A program made the translations under genes and the position numbers. The notes below the pieces were generated by a model, which made no database searches, had not been told where the DNA came from, and was given only the letters and a program-made list of their open reading frames with translations. Below are positions 11,190 to 24,399 of a stretch of 64,000 nt of DNA, piece after piece. The first letter of the stretch is position 1, and every line of letters starts with the position of its first letter. Source of the DNA: Mobula hypostoma (lineage: Eukaryota); the NCBI RefSeq assembly GCF_963921235.1, contig NC_086097.1:129272001-129336000 (forward strand). The letters run 5' to 3'.

Positions 11190-12862
11190 TCCAGTGGTTT
11201 ACAATCATTTTAATCAAATTCAATCAATCTATACAATATCTCGGCCACTGTGCCTTACTGCAACCTCCTTCACGAAGTTCGGGACTGGTGACCCAGGAAA
11301 GTACAAGAGGTTCAGGTCTGACCTCCGGAAAGCTATCTCACATGCACAGTGGCAATTCCAGACTAAACTTGATTGACAGAAGGATGCTTGACAGCTGCAG
11401 CAGGGCCTGAATGCCATCATCTCATTCAAAGCAAACCCAAGCAACAGAAGTGACAAGAAGGTTTTTCTCAAAGCCTTTTATGCTCACCTTGACTTGACAG
11501 AACCTGGAGGCACCTTCATAAATTCCCACACCACCTGACGACCCTATGATCTTAGTATGATTTTAGAAGCCAACATGAGAACATCATTCAGGAAGGTGAA
11601 CCTGTGGAAAGCATCTGGCCCAGACGGTGTACCTGGCCAAATCCTGCAGACCTATGATCATCATGTACAAGGGGTGATTGATACGTTTTTGGCCTAAGGT
11701 GGAAGGAGTCAATTTTAGAAAACCTAGCACATTTATTTTTCAACATAGTCCCCTCCTACATTTACACATTTAGTCCAGCGGTCGTGCAGCAGACGGGTCC
11801 CTTCTTTGTAGAAGTTGGCATCTTGGACCTCCAGAAAGTGGTCCACAGCAGGGGTGATTGATAAGTTTGTGGCCTAAGGTAGAAGGAGATGAGTTATTAA
11901 CTTCAAACTTTCTGTATAATCACTCAAAGAGTTGAACTGCATGTGCATGTAATGAGAGCTGTATGACTCATCTCCTCCTACCTTAGGCCACCAACTTATC
12001 AATCACCCTTGCTGTGGACCAGTTTCTGGAGGTCCAGGACTCCAACTTCTAAAAAGAAGGGATCCGTATGCTCCATGACCGCTGGACTAGGTATGTAAAT
12101 GTAGGAGGGGAATATGTTGAAAAATAAATGTGCTAGGTTTTCTAAAATTGATTCCTTCTACCTTAGGCCACAAACTTATCAATCACCCCGTGTAAGTGCC
12201 GCCACAAAGAAGGCACAACAATGCCTCTACTCTCTCAGAAGTTTGCGCAATTTTGACACGTCATCTAAAATTTTGAAAACTTCTATTGGTGCACAGTAGA
12301 GAGTTCTGTATATTGATCGGCTACATCACGGCCTGGTTTGGAAACACTAATACCTAAGAATGAAAACGTCTACAAAAGGTGGTAGATATAACCCAGTCCC
12401 TGCAGGAAAATCCCTCTCCACCACTGAGCACATCTACAAGGATTGCCGTCACAAAAAGGCAGCATCCATCAGGGGCACTTGCCATTGGGAAAGAGGTACG
12501 GGAGCCTTATGTCCCACACCACCAGGTTCAGGAACGGTTCAACCATCAGGCTTCTGAACTAGTGTGGATAACTTCATTCACCTCAACTCTGAACTGAATC
12601 CATAACTTATGAACTCACCTTCAAGACTCTACAACTCATGTTCTCAGTATTATTCATTGATTTAATTGTTAGTTTGTTTAATTACAGTTTGATTTATTTT
12701 GTACATTGGTTGTTTGTCAGCCTTTGTGTGTAGTTTTTAATTGATTCTATTATATTTCTTTGTTTTATTATGAATGCCTGCAAGAAAAATAATCTCAGGG
12801 TTGTATATGGTGACACACTGTATATGTACTTTGATAATAAATTTACTTTGAAATTTGAACTT
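11190..12862 (+). mobile_element. Rex1/Babar-type LINE, decayed and internally deleted, interrupted by a mariner MITE
   Basis: Translations GDPGKYKRFRSDLRKAI, KASGPDGVPG and KKAQQCLYSLRSLRNF; 3' UTR ends AATAAATTTACTTTGAAATTTGAACTTT. Confidence 0.75.
11668..12192. mobile_element. Tc1/mariner-type palindromic MITE
   Basis: Flanked by TA (11666-67 and 12193-94). Termini CAAGGGGTGATTGAT / ATCAATCACCCCGTG. Inverted arms of about 230 bp. Confidence 0.9.
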
Positions 12863-13179
12863 TCTTCCTCTCAAGCTACCCTCTTTTTCCTACAATGTCT
12901 GTGTCAGAGACTTTTGGGTGTGACGAGAAGAGGAGGGTGGGCAGAAGGGGAAGTTTTGAAAAGTCATCTCGGATACAGTGGCAGATACAAAGGTATAGGC
13001 ACAAGGTAACAGAGGATTAAGAGTTAGATCTCTTTTAAGACTCACCTGCACCAGCCATTTGCCACACCCTCCCCCCCCCCCGAGTATTGCTCCATACTCT
13101 GACATTTCTCAACACAATAATTGCCTGAAGGTCCCTACTATCTTCCTGCGATTAAACAAATGGCACGGGATGAAGGTTA

Positions 13180-13566
13180 CGGATGTGAGTGTTTATGTAT
13201 AAATTTGACAATAAAAATGGGTGTAGGTGTAATGCACCTGTGCGAATTAGTGGAATGTATGTGTCCACATGTGTACACTTGTGTGTTTGTTCCTCTGTGC
13301 ATGGGTATATGGGCTTGTGTGTGTTCACACCTTTTGTGTGCTTCTGTGCATGTGAATGCCTGCATTACTGTGCATGTGTGTTGGTGCATATCTTTGCATC
13401 CGGACATATGAATTCCTGTGTGTGTGTGTGTTTCTGTATGTGAATGTGTGTGCTGGTTCTAAGTTTGTATGCATCTTTGTTCACATCTGCATGTCTCTGT
13501 GCGTGTGTGAACTTCAGCACAAGTGCCCATGCCTCTGTGTATGTATGTGCATGTTTCAGTATGTAT
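13180..13566. repeat. Degenerate (GT)n-rich low-complexity tract
   Basis: Dense TGTG/TGCA/TGTA repeats. Confidence 0.85.
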
Positions 13567-14585
13567 AAGGTTGTGGGGAAGCTGGGGAGTTGCCTAGAAG
13601 CACCTTTGAACTGGAAACTCACTAGTTACAAACCATGTTGTTTGTTAAAAGCATATTGTGTGACACTGCATCATTTATATGGCAGTGACAGTGAGACTGT
13701 AATATATGTGCTGCTGCAACAAAATTAGATGACATGCTGATATCCTTCTGGTTTATTTCATTTACACTGGAAACTTGCATGTTGATGCCTCATATTAAAA
13801 TGGATGTCAATTTACTTATTTAGCCATTTAATTTTTGTTTGTAGATTCTGTATTTAACAGATAACCATTTGCTACAATATTTCCCAAACACCTAAATGGA
13901 AGTCATTACAGGTAATCCATTAATTTCCATGAAAATGTCATGAATAACTGTAACAGACATAATGTGCATTTCTAATAATTCATCATGTCATTTGCTGTCA
14001 TTAATATAAATTCACAAGCATTAAATGAATCTTTTCTAGTTACTGGTTATTCATTATGAGAAATGAAGTGGGCAGTTCATCAAAGTCCATGAAAACAAAC
14101 CAACTTTCAGCTATTTTCATCACAAGCAGCGCTTGTACATTTATAAACCATTGAAGTTTGAAAATGACGACTATGCGCATTTACAAGAAGATTCTTTCAA
14201 ATGCAACTTCATTCTCTTCAATTTAAGATTTTCACTTCAATGGAATTTATTCTACCATATGGTCATAATAAAAGCACAACATTTAAAAATAACCCAGGTT
14301 CCAAAGTGAGCCATGAAAGTGATGGAAATTAATAATTATGTGTGCAAAGTTTCTATCACTGTTTTATTAGGGGATATATTAACCCATTCTGAGTAATGTA
14401 TTGTGCAGGATCAAAACTAAGCCCCATCTCCCGTTCCCCCACTGCCTTGAATCTCAGCCCACTGTGCCCTCATCCCTCTTGCACAAATCTCACGAGCTCT
14501 CCACATCGTGGAGTTTAGTGCAATGATTTAAGGAACAACAGGTCCTTTGTCAGCACAGTATAAAGTAAACAATGCTCCATCCCAT

Positions 14586-14700
14586 CACAAACAAGAGAAA
14601 ATCTGCAGATGCTGGAAATCCAAGCAACACACACAAAGTGCTGGAGGAACTCAGCAGGCCAGGCAGCATCTATGGAAAAGAGTACAGTCCACGTTTTGGG
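14586..14700 (-). mobile_element. Penelope 3' repeat fragment
   Basis: CTGCAGATGCTGGAAATCCAAGCAACACACACAAAGTGCTGGAGGAACTCAGCAGGCCAGGCAGCATC, related to the reverse complement of 3130-3215. Confidence 0.8.
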
Positions 14701-14819
14701 CAGAGAACATCTAAGTATAGATGGAGCCCATTGAGAAGAGACTGGTTTGCACGACAGACTGAGTAACATCTAGTTATTCGTGACTTTTAACATGCTTTGA
14801 CTGTCTATTACATTCAGAG

Positions 14820-15470
14820 ATATTTGAAAGCTATTAAATCTTTCAAAATGTTGTTATTAGGTGGAGATACTTAAGGATGAAATTCCAGAGATGAGGTCAT
14901 CATTATTCCTAGAGGTGGAGCAATTAAATTTAAGGATTCTCAGAAAGTCAGAGGAGATTGCAGATATAGGGAGTGGAGAGATCATGGAAGGATTTGAAAA
15001 TAAAAGTAAGAATTTTTAAATCAATGCATTGATTAATGAATGTTGCACAGGCTAGTATGCCCTTGGTGAAGGGTGAACACAAACAACACGGTTTATGGAC
15101 ATCAAAGTGAGAGGAACTGCTCGCCATTGGATAGAAATGGACAACAAAGGCAGGGGAGAGAGCTTCAGCAGCAGTTGAACTGAACAAAAGCTGGACTCAG
15201 GCAACTTTATAGTGGAGGAAAGCAGCACTATTTATGATGCTGTGAGTCCGTGATCTGACACTACTCACTGGCTTAGGTAGGACACCCATTGCTTTAGTGT
15301 GCTGCCTGAGAAAAGGATGCAGTCAGTGGCTGAGGAATGGAATATTTGTGGATACCAAATGTCGGAAACTTCTGCTCAAAATATTCTCACTGTTTTATCA
15401 CTTAGAGATGGTGGAGTGGTCAATGAAGTTGGTACCCTGTGCTGTCCACTTTGGTATGCACTTTGTGCAT
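14820..15470 (-). mobile_element. Old L2-type LINE C-terminal fragment
   Basis: Minus-strand IDLKILTFIFKSFHDLSTPYICNLL resembles the L2 IxFKILxLxFKxLHGLAPxYLxxLL motif; related sequence at 36500-36860. Confidence 0.65.
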
Positions 15471-15699
15471 GTGAGCTTTGGTATCTTTCAAGGACTGTTG
15501 CCGAGAGAAGTGTCCTTTGAAAAGTTCTGTCATCCAAGAATATGTATGTCAACACTGACCTATGTTGTCTGTCTGAAGGTGAAAGAAGCCATAAACTTTT
15601 ATTGGTTTATTTAATCACATGACACATTGGCAATGGAAGCATTTATTGCACATCCCTCATCGTCCACAATCTGAGAAAGTGCCCTTAGGATCAGTGTTC

Positions 15700-15990
15700 C
15701 ACAATTCCATCTGTTGGTTCAATAAGCCCCTTGGGTAGAAGATACAAAAGCCTGATAGCATGTACCACCAGGCTCAAGGACAGTGTTTAACCCGCTGTTA
15801 TAAAACTATTGAACGGACTTCTTGTACGCTAAGATGGAATCTGAACCTCAATCTATCTTACTGACTACCAGTACTGCACTCTTCCCTAGTATTTCCTTGA
15901 TGTACTGATGTCATGAAATGATCCGTATGGAATGTGTGCAAATCAAGTTTTTCCATGTACCTCAGTATATGTGACTATAATAAACTATGG
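15700..15990 (+). mobile_element. Rex1/Babar-type 3' fragment
   Basis: GTACCACCAGGCTCAAGGACAG...GCTGTTATAA; same family as 46615-47045 and the minus-strand copies at 29945-30850. Confidence 0.65.
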
Positions 15991-16979
15991 ACTATCATAT
16001 CTATTACTGAAAGAAAATCAACTAGCATACCCATTGCTGAAAGTTAACAATAGACTAAGGTGATATATTCTTAATTTTTTTGTCCCAACTGTTGTCATAA
16101 AAAAAAGTCCTGCTTGCCAAGTCCTGTGTCATACTTTGTATTCGTTGTGGTCCTGTGGCTGGACCTTGTAACAAGAAAAGGTTCTGATCTTGTACCATCA
16201 TTACCCCAGCACCACAATCCAAGTGGAATATCAATACCTCTACTACAAACCATAGAAATTACAAACAGAAGGGCAAAAACTCGGTATGCATCATATTATG
16301 CCGATGGTCAGGTGAAAATTGAGTACCATCACTCATGCCAAATTTTATTGATCATGGTGATTTGCAGTTATATAATTGGTGTTTGTCCACTGGGGATCCC
16401 CCACCAACACCACCACTCCTACTGCTCATCCATTGAGACTCCCAACTCCTGCTACTCATCCATTGGGTCCCCCATCCCAGCAGCCCCACTGCCTGCTAGC
16501 AGCAGCTTTCTGATCGGCTTCAGTGTCAGAGAAGGGCAAGTACGTTTGGAATTATGTGATGAAGCAATTAAACACCGAGTGGTGTGAGTGGTGTGAAACC
16601 AACTGGTATCTGCTTATCTCCAAATGAGTCAGGGTTCACTATTAAAACTTTTGTTTCTGGTCACCTCCACTGCCTCTGTTCCACCCTGAGCTCCAGGGCC
16701 TTCATAAATCCATCCTTGGACCCATCATCTGATATTGTGTACCAGCGTAATGTGTCTCATTCATTTCAGGATAAGATGTATTTCAGTAATTTATGACTCA
16801 AAATTTCTTCCTTTTGCCCCATGTATAACAAACAATCCATATTCCTCCCCTTAATCCTTCCTTTGCTTCTGTTCTCAGTCCCGTTTCAATTGCTTGCTTT
16901 CAGTATCATATATCTATTGAAGATTTTTGGAATACCAAATGTATGTTAATTTTCTTAATAATTTTGGTGTCTGATAGTT

Positions 16980-17350
16980 CATTGTTTGATGCTGGCAGAG
17001 GATTCGATGGTTCTAATATATGTTGTGAATAACAGTACAGGCAGAACAATGTGCACTGTGGCATAGTTCACTCGCATTATGAAGGCAATCAACACTAGAG
17101 ATGACAGAGGCCTGAATTTGGAGCAGCACATGAAGCACTGGATTTTTCGACCTGAGTTGGTGCCAGAGTAGGTTTGGAACATGGATTGCTCTGTGCAGCC
17201 AATGAAAAAGCATAACTGGTGACAATGTGAGTGCCTGTGGTTACACCTTTGGTTTGGAAAAAGTGAGAGGAGCCAAAAGAGATGTTCTTGAGGACAAGCA
17301 CAAGTTCTGCCCGATGGAAGAGAGTGTTGATGAGTGTTGCTCGGGTCTGT
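16980..17350 (-). mobile_element. Old Penelope RT fragment
   Basis: AELVLVLKNISFGSSHFFQTKGVTTGTHIVTSYA resembles Penelope RT LVLTLNNFSF..F.QTKGVAMGT..GPSYA. Confidence 0.7.
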
Positions 17351-17643
17351 TTTCCCAAAAGAAATGGTTTTGTGTGTTTATACGGGCTGCCTTTGGAATA
17401 GACAACAAAAAGGCACATTGTAGAAGAACTCAACCAGCCAAGCAACTTCTGTGGAAAGAGAAACAAGTCAATGTTATAGGTTGGAGACCAAGGGGAGGGT
17501 AGGATGTGGGAAGGATTACAGTTTTCAAAACAGGGTAAGGCAGGAGCAGGTGAGTGAGATGTAGTACAAAAGACTAAATATTAGTGTTAAAGGAGAAAGA
17601 GTACTGTCCAGAAGGGAGTATTTCATTGAAACAAGGCAAGAAA

Positions 17644-18075
17644 AACACATAAACACAAGGAAGTCTGCAGATGCTGGAAATCCAAAGCAACACACACAAA
17701 GTGCTGGAGGAACTCAACAGGTCAGGCAGCATCTATAGAAATGAATAAACAATCGACGTTTCAAGCCAAGACCCTTCTTCAGAACTGAGAAAAAAGGGAG
17801 AAGATACCAGAATAAATGGTGGGGGAATTGGAAGGAGGCTAGCTAGAAGGTGATTGGTGAAGCCAAGTGGGTGGGAAAGGTAAAGGGCTGGAGAAGAAGG
17901 AAGCTGATAGGAGAAGAGAGTGGACCGTAGGAGAAAGGAAGGGACCCGTGTGAATTGACGGGCAGATAAGAAAAGGTGAAAGGCAGAATGGGGAATAAAA
18001 GAAGAAAAATACATAAGAATATTGCAAAATTCAATGTTCATTCCATAAGGTTAAAAAGCGCCTAGACAGAAGATG
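17644..18075 (-). mobile_element. Penelope 3' repeat (older subfamily) with decayed hammerhead motif near 17753-17786
   Basis: Homologous to 52105-52500 and to the reverse complement of 40520-40835. Confidence 0.8.
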
Positions 18076-19347
18076 ACAACTTGGATACCATATGCTGCCC
18101 AGTAGTATACCTTTAAGAGGACAGTGTTGCTGAACATGGAAATGAGAGCAGGTGAATGCTTCTACCTTTTCCCTTGCCATATTTCACTGTTCCCAGGAAG
18201 CTAAAGCCACCATCAATTCATTTATAAGCATCAAGGGGCTCATTTCCAGGTCATTAAGCTCATTAATGAGCTTGCTCGAGCTGGACTGCAACAAAAGGAA
18301 AGAAATTACCACCTTGCTGAAATTAGGATTTCTTCCTACATTTTTCCTCCTGGATTTCTGACAAAAAACAACATTGTCCTAGAAAAAAGAGAACTTCTAC
18401 TTCTGATGATTAAAGTAGACATCATTAGGTAGAAGGGCTCTGGAGTACTTTTACTTTTAATTATTCCTCTTGCCTTGTTAACCTTGTAGAATGAAGGTTA
18501 TGTTTTAACATATAATTCAGTAAAACTATGTGAAGTGATAGAAGGGAATATATTCTTAAAGGAGTAAAATTTTTCCAAATAATGGTTGAGTGCAATAGGA
18601 ATTTTTAGGATGAATTGTAGCTGTATTTTGAGACTTTTTGAAATATGTTTGTGAAGGTTCTGGTGTTGGTTGCAAGAAATTGGAAAATGCTTGGTCATTG
18701 GTCAACAAAGGAAGAAAATTAAACATACCCCAGCAGGATCTAGTGAATTGCTGAAGAGATTCAGCTTGGGAAGAATGATTTGCACCATTCCACTGAGCCT
18801 GCTGCCCACGCCATTGATCTTTGTGGGTGTTTATATGGATCAGCAGTAACATCAACGTGAGTGAAAAGGGCAGGTCATATGGGAAATGAAGGTATAGCAG
18901 TGGCAAAGTGCTGCTTGGTGGAGCAGAGAAGGAGTAATTCAGCCTTTTCTCACTCTGTATAGCTTGCTGCTACAGTCTCCAGTTACCAACCCCTCCCATT
19001 AATGAAACAGAAGGCTCTCCCTTTCCTTCAATTTTAGTCAGTGTGAATGTTAACTGACAGCCAAAAATCCAACCATATTCTTCAGTTTTCATTTTCTCCT
19101 GGGACTGCAATTTATCTTTCAATTGTGATTGAAAAGACGTTTTCACACAGACACGTACTGGAAATCTAGTAATCCGTCATAACAATAACTGAAACTGTGG
19201 ACATCACAATTATTGCAGCATTTGATAAAGATTGTCCATTGCAGTTCACACCTCACTAAGGATGTGGCTATGTACCACTCCCGAGGTTAGGCTTGGCATT
19301 CTGATGACGTTCTGAGGGCATGTTATACTGTCAGAAACACTATCTTT

Positions 19348-22305
19348 CCATAAAACCATGAGATATGGGAGCAAAATTAGGTCATTAGGCCTATCGAGGC
19401 TGCTCTGTGATTTCATCATGGCTGATCCAATTCTCCTCTCAGCCCCAACCTCCTGCCTTCAACACTTATCCCTTCATGCCCTGACGAAACGTGAATCTAT
19501 CAATCTCTGCCTTAAATATACATAAAGACTTGGCCTCCACAGCTACCTATGGCAAAGAATTCCACAGATTCACCACTCTCTGGCTAAAGAAGTATCTCCT
19601 CATCTCTGTTCTAAAAGGATGCCCTCTATTCTCAGGCAGTGTCCTCTGGTCTTGGACTCTCCACATTCACTCATCAAGGCTTTTCATCATTCGATGGGTT
19701 TCAATGAGGTCTCCCCTTATTCTTCTGAATTCCAGTGCATATAGGCCTGGAGCCATCAAACACTTTTCATATGACAAGCCAGTCAATCCTGTAATCACTT
19801 TTATGAACCTCCTTTGAACCCGCTCCAGTTTCAGCACATCCTTTCTATGACAAGGGGCCAAGACTGCTCACAATACTCCAAGTGAGGCCTCACCGGTGCT
19901 TTATAAAGTCTCAACATTACACCTTTGCTTTTATATTCTAGTCCTCTTAAAATGAATGCTAAGATCACATTTGCCTTTCTCAACACAGACTCAACTTGCA
20001 AATTAACCTTTAGGGATTCCTGCACAAGGACTCCCAAGACCCTTCGCACCTCAGTTTTTTGTATTTTCTCTCCATTTAGAAAATAGTCAACTCTTTCATT
20101 TCTTCTACCAAAGTGCATGACCATACACCTCCTGACACTATTCCATCGGCTATTTCTGTGCCCATTCTACTAATCTGTCTGTCCTTCTATAGTATCTTTA
20201 CTTCCTCAAAATTACCTGGCCCTCCACCTATCTTCACATCATCTGCAAACTTAGCAACAAAGCAATCAATTCCATCATCCAAATCATTGACATATAACAC
20301 AAAAAGTGTCGGTCCCAACACAGACTTCTGTCACCAGCAGCCAACCAGAAAAGGCTCCCTTTATTCCTACTCTTTGCTTCCTGCCAATCAGCCACTGCTT
20401 TATCCATGCTAGAATTGTTTTGTAATACCATGGGCTCGTAGCTTGTTAAGCAGCTTCATGTGTGGCACCTTGTCAAAGGCGTTCCGAAAATCCAAGTACA
20501 CGACATCAACTGATTCTCCTTTGTCTATCCTGCTTGTTACTTCTTCAAATAATTCCAACAGATTTGTCAGGCAAGATTTTCCCTTGAGGAAACCATGCTG
20601 ACTACAGCCTATTTTATCATGTGCCTCCAAGTACCCTGAGACATTATCCTTAATAACCAACTCCAACACATTCCCACCCACTGACATCAGACTAACTGGC
20701 CTATAATTTCCTTTCTTCTGCCTCTTTCCCTTCTTGAAGAGCGGAGTGACATTTGCAATTTTCCAGTCTCCTGGAACCATTCCAGAATATAGTGATTCTT
20801 GAAAGATCATTAAAAATGCCTCCACAATCTCTTTCTATATCCACCCTTACCTCTCTTTTACACTTTATGTATCTGAGGAAACTTTTGGTATCCATTTTAA
20901 TATTTCTGGTTAGCTTAGTTTCTTATTCCATCTTTACCTTCTTAATTACTTTTTTAGTTGTCTTTTGTTGGTTTTTAAAAGTTTCCCAACCCTCTAACTT
21001 CCCACTAATTTTTGCTGTATTATATGCCCTCCCTTTGGCGTATACTGTATGTTGGTTTTGACTTCACTTGTTAGCCACAGTCAAGTCATCTCGCCTTTAG
21101 AATACTTCTGCTTCTTTGGGCTGTATATATCCTGTGCCTTCCGAATTGCTTCCAGATATTCCATCCATTGCTGCTCTGCCATCATTCCTACCAGTGTTCT
21201 TTTCCAATCAAATCTGGCCATCTCCTCTCTCATGCCTCCGTCATTCCTGTTACTCCACTGTAATACTGATACATCTGGCTTCGGCTTCTCCTTCTCAAAT
21301 TTCAGGGTTAATTCAATCATAATATGATCACATTCTCCTAAGGGTTCTTTTACCTTAAGCTCTCTAAACAATTCTGGTTGATTTCCTAATCATCGCACAA
21401 CACCCAATCCAGAATAGATGGTCCCTAGTGGACTCAACCACAAGCTGTTCAAAAAGGACATCTTGTAGACACTATGGAAATCCAGGAATCCTCCTGGAAT
21501 CCAGCACCAACCTGATTTTCCCAAACTACCTGCATATTCAAATCCCCCATGACTATTGTAATATTGCCCATTTGGCATGCATTTTCTATCTCCCATTGTA
21601 ATTTGTAGACGACATCCTTACTACTGTTTGGGAGTCTGTATATAATTCCCATCAGTTATTTTTGCCCTTGTAGATCCTAAGCTCTATCCACAACGATTCA
21701 ACATCTTCCAACTGTATGTCACCTCTTTCTAATGAGTCGATTTCATTTTTTACCAACAGAGCAATACCATCCCTTCTGCCTTCTTGCCTGTCTTTCCAAT
21801 ACAATGTGTATCCTTGGATATTAAGCTCCCAGCCATAATCTTCTTTCAGCCATGAGTCAGTGATGCCTACAACATCATACATGCCGATTTGCAACTGTAC
21901 TACAAGTTCATCTACCTTATTTTGTATGTAGCGTGCGTTCAAGTACAACAGCTTCTGTCCTGTTTTCACCCTTTTTGATTTTGTCTGTCTTTTAAGTTGC
22001 AACTCATCTTGTTGCCTGCTTTTTGTTCTATCAACAGCCTCTCCTCATTGCATATTGCCTCTGTTTGTTAACCAGATACCTCATCTTCAAAACTATCATT
22101 CGCCCTTCCTATGATACTTCTTGCATTGAAATAAACACAGGAGAGGACACTAGTCACACCATGCTCAACCTTTTGATTCCTAACTTTGTCGGAGGTCTTA
22201 CCAACATCTGCCTCCATAACCTCTCCACCAACTGTTCTGGCGCTCTAGTTCCCATCCCCCTGCAGCTCTAGTTTAAACCCCACTGTGCAGCATTAACAAA
22301 CCTTT
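19348..22305 (-). mobile_element. CR1 LINE: end of ORF1 plus decayed ORF2 (APE endonuclease and RT) with an internal deletion
   Basis: LYLNARYIQNKVDEL...DVVGITDSWL (APE); DWKIANVTPLFKKG...NYRPVSL...SQHGFLKGKSCLTNLL...VYLDFRNAFDKVPH (RT); RPHLEYC; ORF1 ends GLN* near 22268. Multiple frameshifts and stops. Confidence 0.95.
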
Positions 22306-22409
22306 CAGATGTTATCTGCTCCCTTAGGCTGAATGAATAATCCCATCTAGAACAAGTGTAGGAGAGTTCTCCCGAGTGACCTGACCAATATTCATTCCTT
22401 GTTAAAAGT

Positions 22410-22590
22410 ATGTGAACAGTATTTAAAAAACAATTTGGACAGTTACAGTACATGGAAAGGAAAGGTTTAAAGGGATATGAATCAAATGTGGACAAGTGGG
22501 ACTATTTTAGCTGGGAATCTTAGTTGGCAGAATCACCTGGGCTGAAAGGGCTGTTTCTGTGCTGTATGACTCTATGGCCCTATGATTCTG
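22410..22590 (+). mobile_element. CR1 3' end
   Basis: TTTAAAAAACAATTTGGACAG...GGGCTGAAAGGGCTGTTTCTGTGCTGTATGACTCTATG tail. Confidence 0.75.
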
Positions 22591-23989
22591 TAACCGATTG
22601 TCTATTTTCGCTGTGGGAGCTTGCTGTGCACAAACTAGACTTCATTTTTCCCATATTGCTGTAGCATTAACACTTCACTGGCTGTTGTGAACACATAGCA
22701 GGAATAGCAATTTACTGGGAAGCTCCATTGTGAGAGTTGGCCTGCATCACTTCGGGAACCCCAGTGCTCTGAGGGGCTCATTTGAAGGAAGCATTGCAAT
22801 ATGAACTTTGCTGCTAGGTTAATTCAGCAGAAGTATAAATAATCTGAGATTAGTTCAGTGGTCGTTGGCACACCACAGGCATTCTGAACAGACTGGGGTG
22901 TTTAGTGGCATTTAGAGCGTTGTCTTGGTAGATGCTAATCCCACAGAACCTCACGTGCCTGCATCTGAGAAGGACAAGGGCTGAAGATATGTGGGAATGC
23001 CTTCTCTGTAGATTCTCCTCAAATTTACACACTAGCCTGACTTGGAACTGTATTGCCTTCTTTTATCATCACAGGGTCTAAATCCTGGAATGTCCCCAAT
23101 GGACAGCCCTGTGGAAGCATATTCACCAGATTCAAGAAGCCAACTCACCACCACCTCCTCCAGGTTAAATTAGGGAGAGGAAATAAATTCTGGCTCTACC
23201 AGTGATGACTGGATTCAAATGAATGAGTAAATAAATAAATAACAAAATCTTTCGTTGTCTGTAGAAAGGGGCTGAAGAAGTAGTTAACAGACCATTTTTA
23301 TGTTAAATGTTAGATAAAGATTTTATAAGTATATAAAGTACCAAACCTCTCTCTGCAAGCAGATAAGTACAGGGTCACGTTATAGGATTTTCTTGTGAAA
23401 AAGATGAATGAAGACGTCGTTAAATTAGATATTCATCCATTTAAGCATTTAAATTCTGAAGATTATGAACCGAATGAGCTTTCTTTCATGAGTTCCTACA
23501 TGCCAATATGCTTATCCTAATACAAAGTTCAAAACCCCCTTCAGAGACGGAAGTACACAACACAGACTCACACAGCAGTGTCGCACAGGGAGAATGTTGG
23601 CAAGTTTTTCAACTGGGATGTTAAATAAAAGCCCTGGTCTCAGTGACGGTTTGCAAGTTCATGGAAAGACTTTAACAGAGGCATGTTTAGTCTATGCCAA
23701 CTCCATGTGAGAGAAATCCAGTTAGGACTACTCCACCAAATGCTAATCCTCTCAAATATTTATCCATCAGTCACTCTCTTGTACGCGACAATCACACATG
23801 TACCTCCACAATCAGTCCTGGTTGTAATTCCAGACATTTGCTGCATAAAATTTATTCCTTATGCTTTTATTTGCCATTTCCTTTTGTTTGATGTCCCTTG
23901 ATGTTTGACCCTTCCACAAATGAGAACAGTTTCTTCATGATTTTAAATACCTTTATTTGATCTCCTTGCAATGTCCCTCATCTAGGTTG

Positions 23990-24270
23990 TCTCCTGACCG
24001 AGGGCGCTGTCTGTGAGAAGCTCCCCCTGTGATCATGTGGCTGTCCTTTGGCTGCCCTAATTTCCTCCCATATTACAAAGACATTTAGGTGGCTATAAAT
24101 TGCCCCTTATCATATGGGCGTGTGGAAGGATCAAAGGATAGGGGTTGTTGATGGAATTGTGGGGAGAGTTTAAAATATGGTATTAGTGTAGAATTGGTGT
24201 AAATGTATGTAATGGATGTACAGGGATGTCGCTGAGCCAAAGGGCAATTTCTGCCTGTATTTCTCTTGAT
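23990..24270 (+). mobile_element. Decayed V-SINE
   Basis: V-domain-like GCTGTCTGTGAG...TTTCCTCCCA...AAAGAC...AAATTGCCCC. Confidence 0.55.
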
Positions 24271-24399
24271 ACCCATCAGACATGTTTCTGATCCTACATC
24301 AATTCTACCTTCATAGACCTGTAGAATTGACAATACAATGAACCTAGAGAAAGTCATGTGCCAGTTGTATTCTCTGCATTATCAATAATAACTAGCCAT

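Noticed and set aside
13121..13728. Cys/Val- and His/Thr-rich overlapping ORFs
   Set aside because: Artefacts of the degenerate GT repeat.
16114..16587. 157-aa ORF with a short internal duplication (about 16410-16470)
   Set aside because: Non-ATG start, no recognisable domain, no clear splice signals; the duplication is a simple ~33-bp tandem copy.
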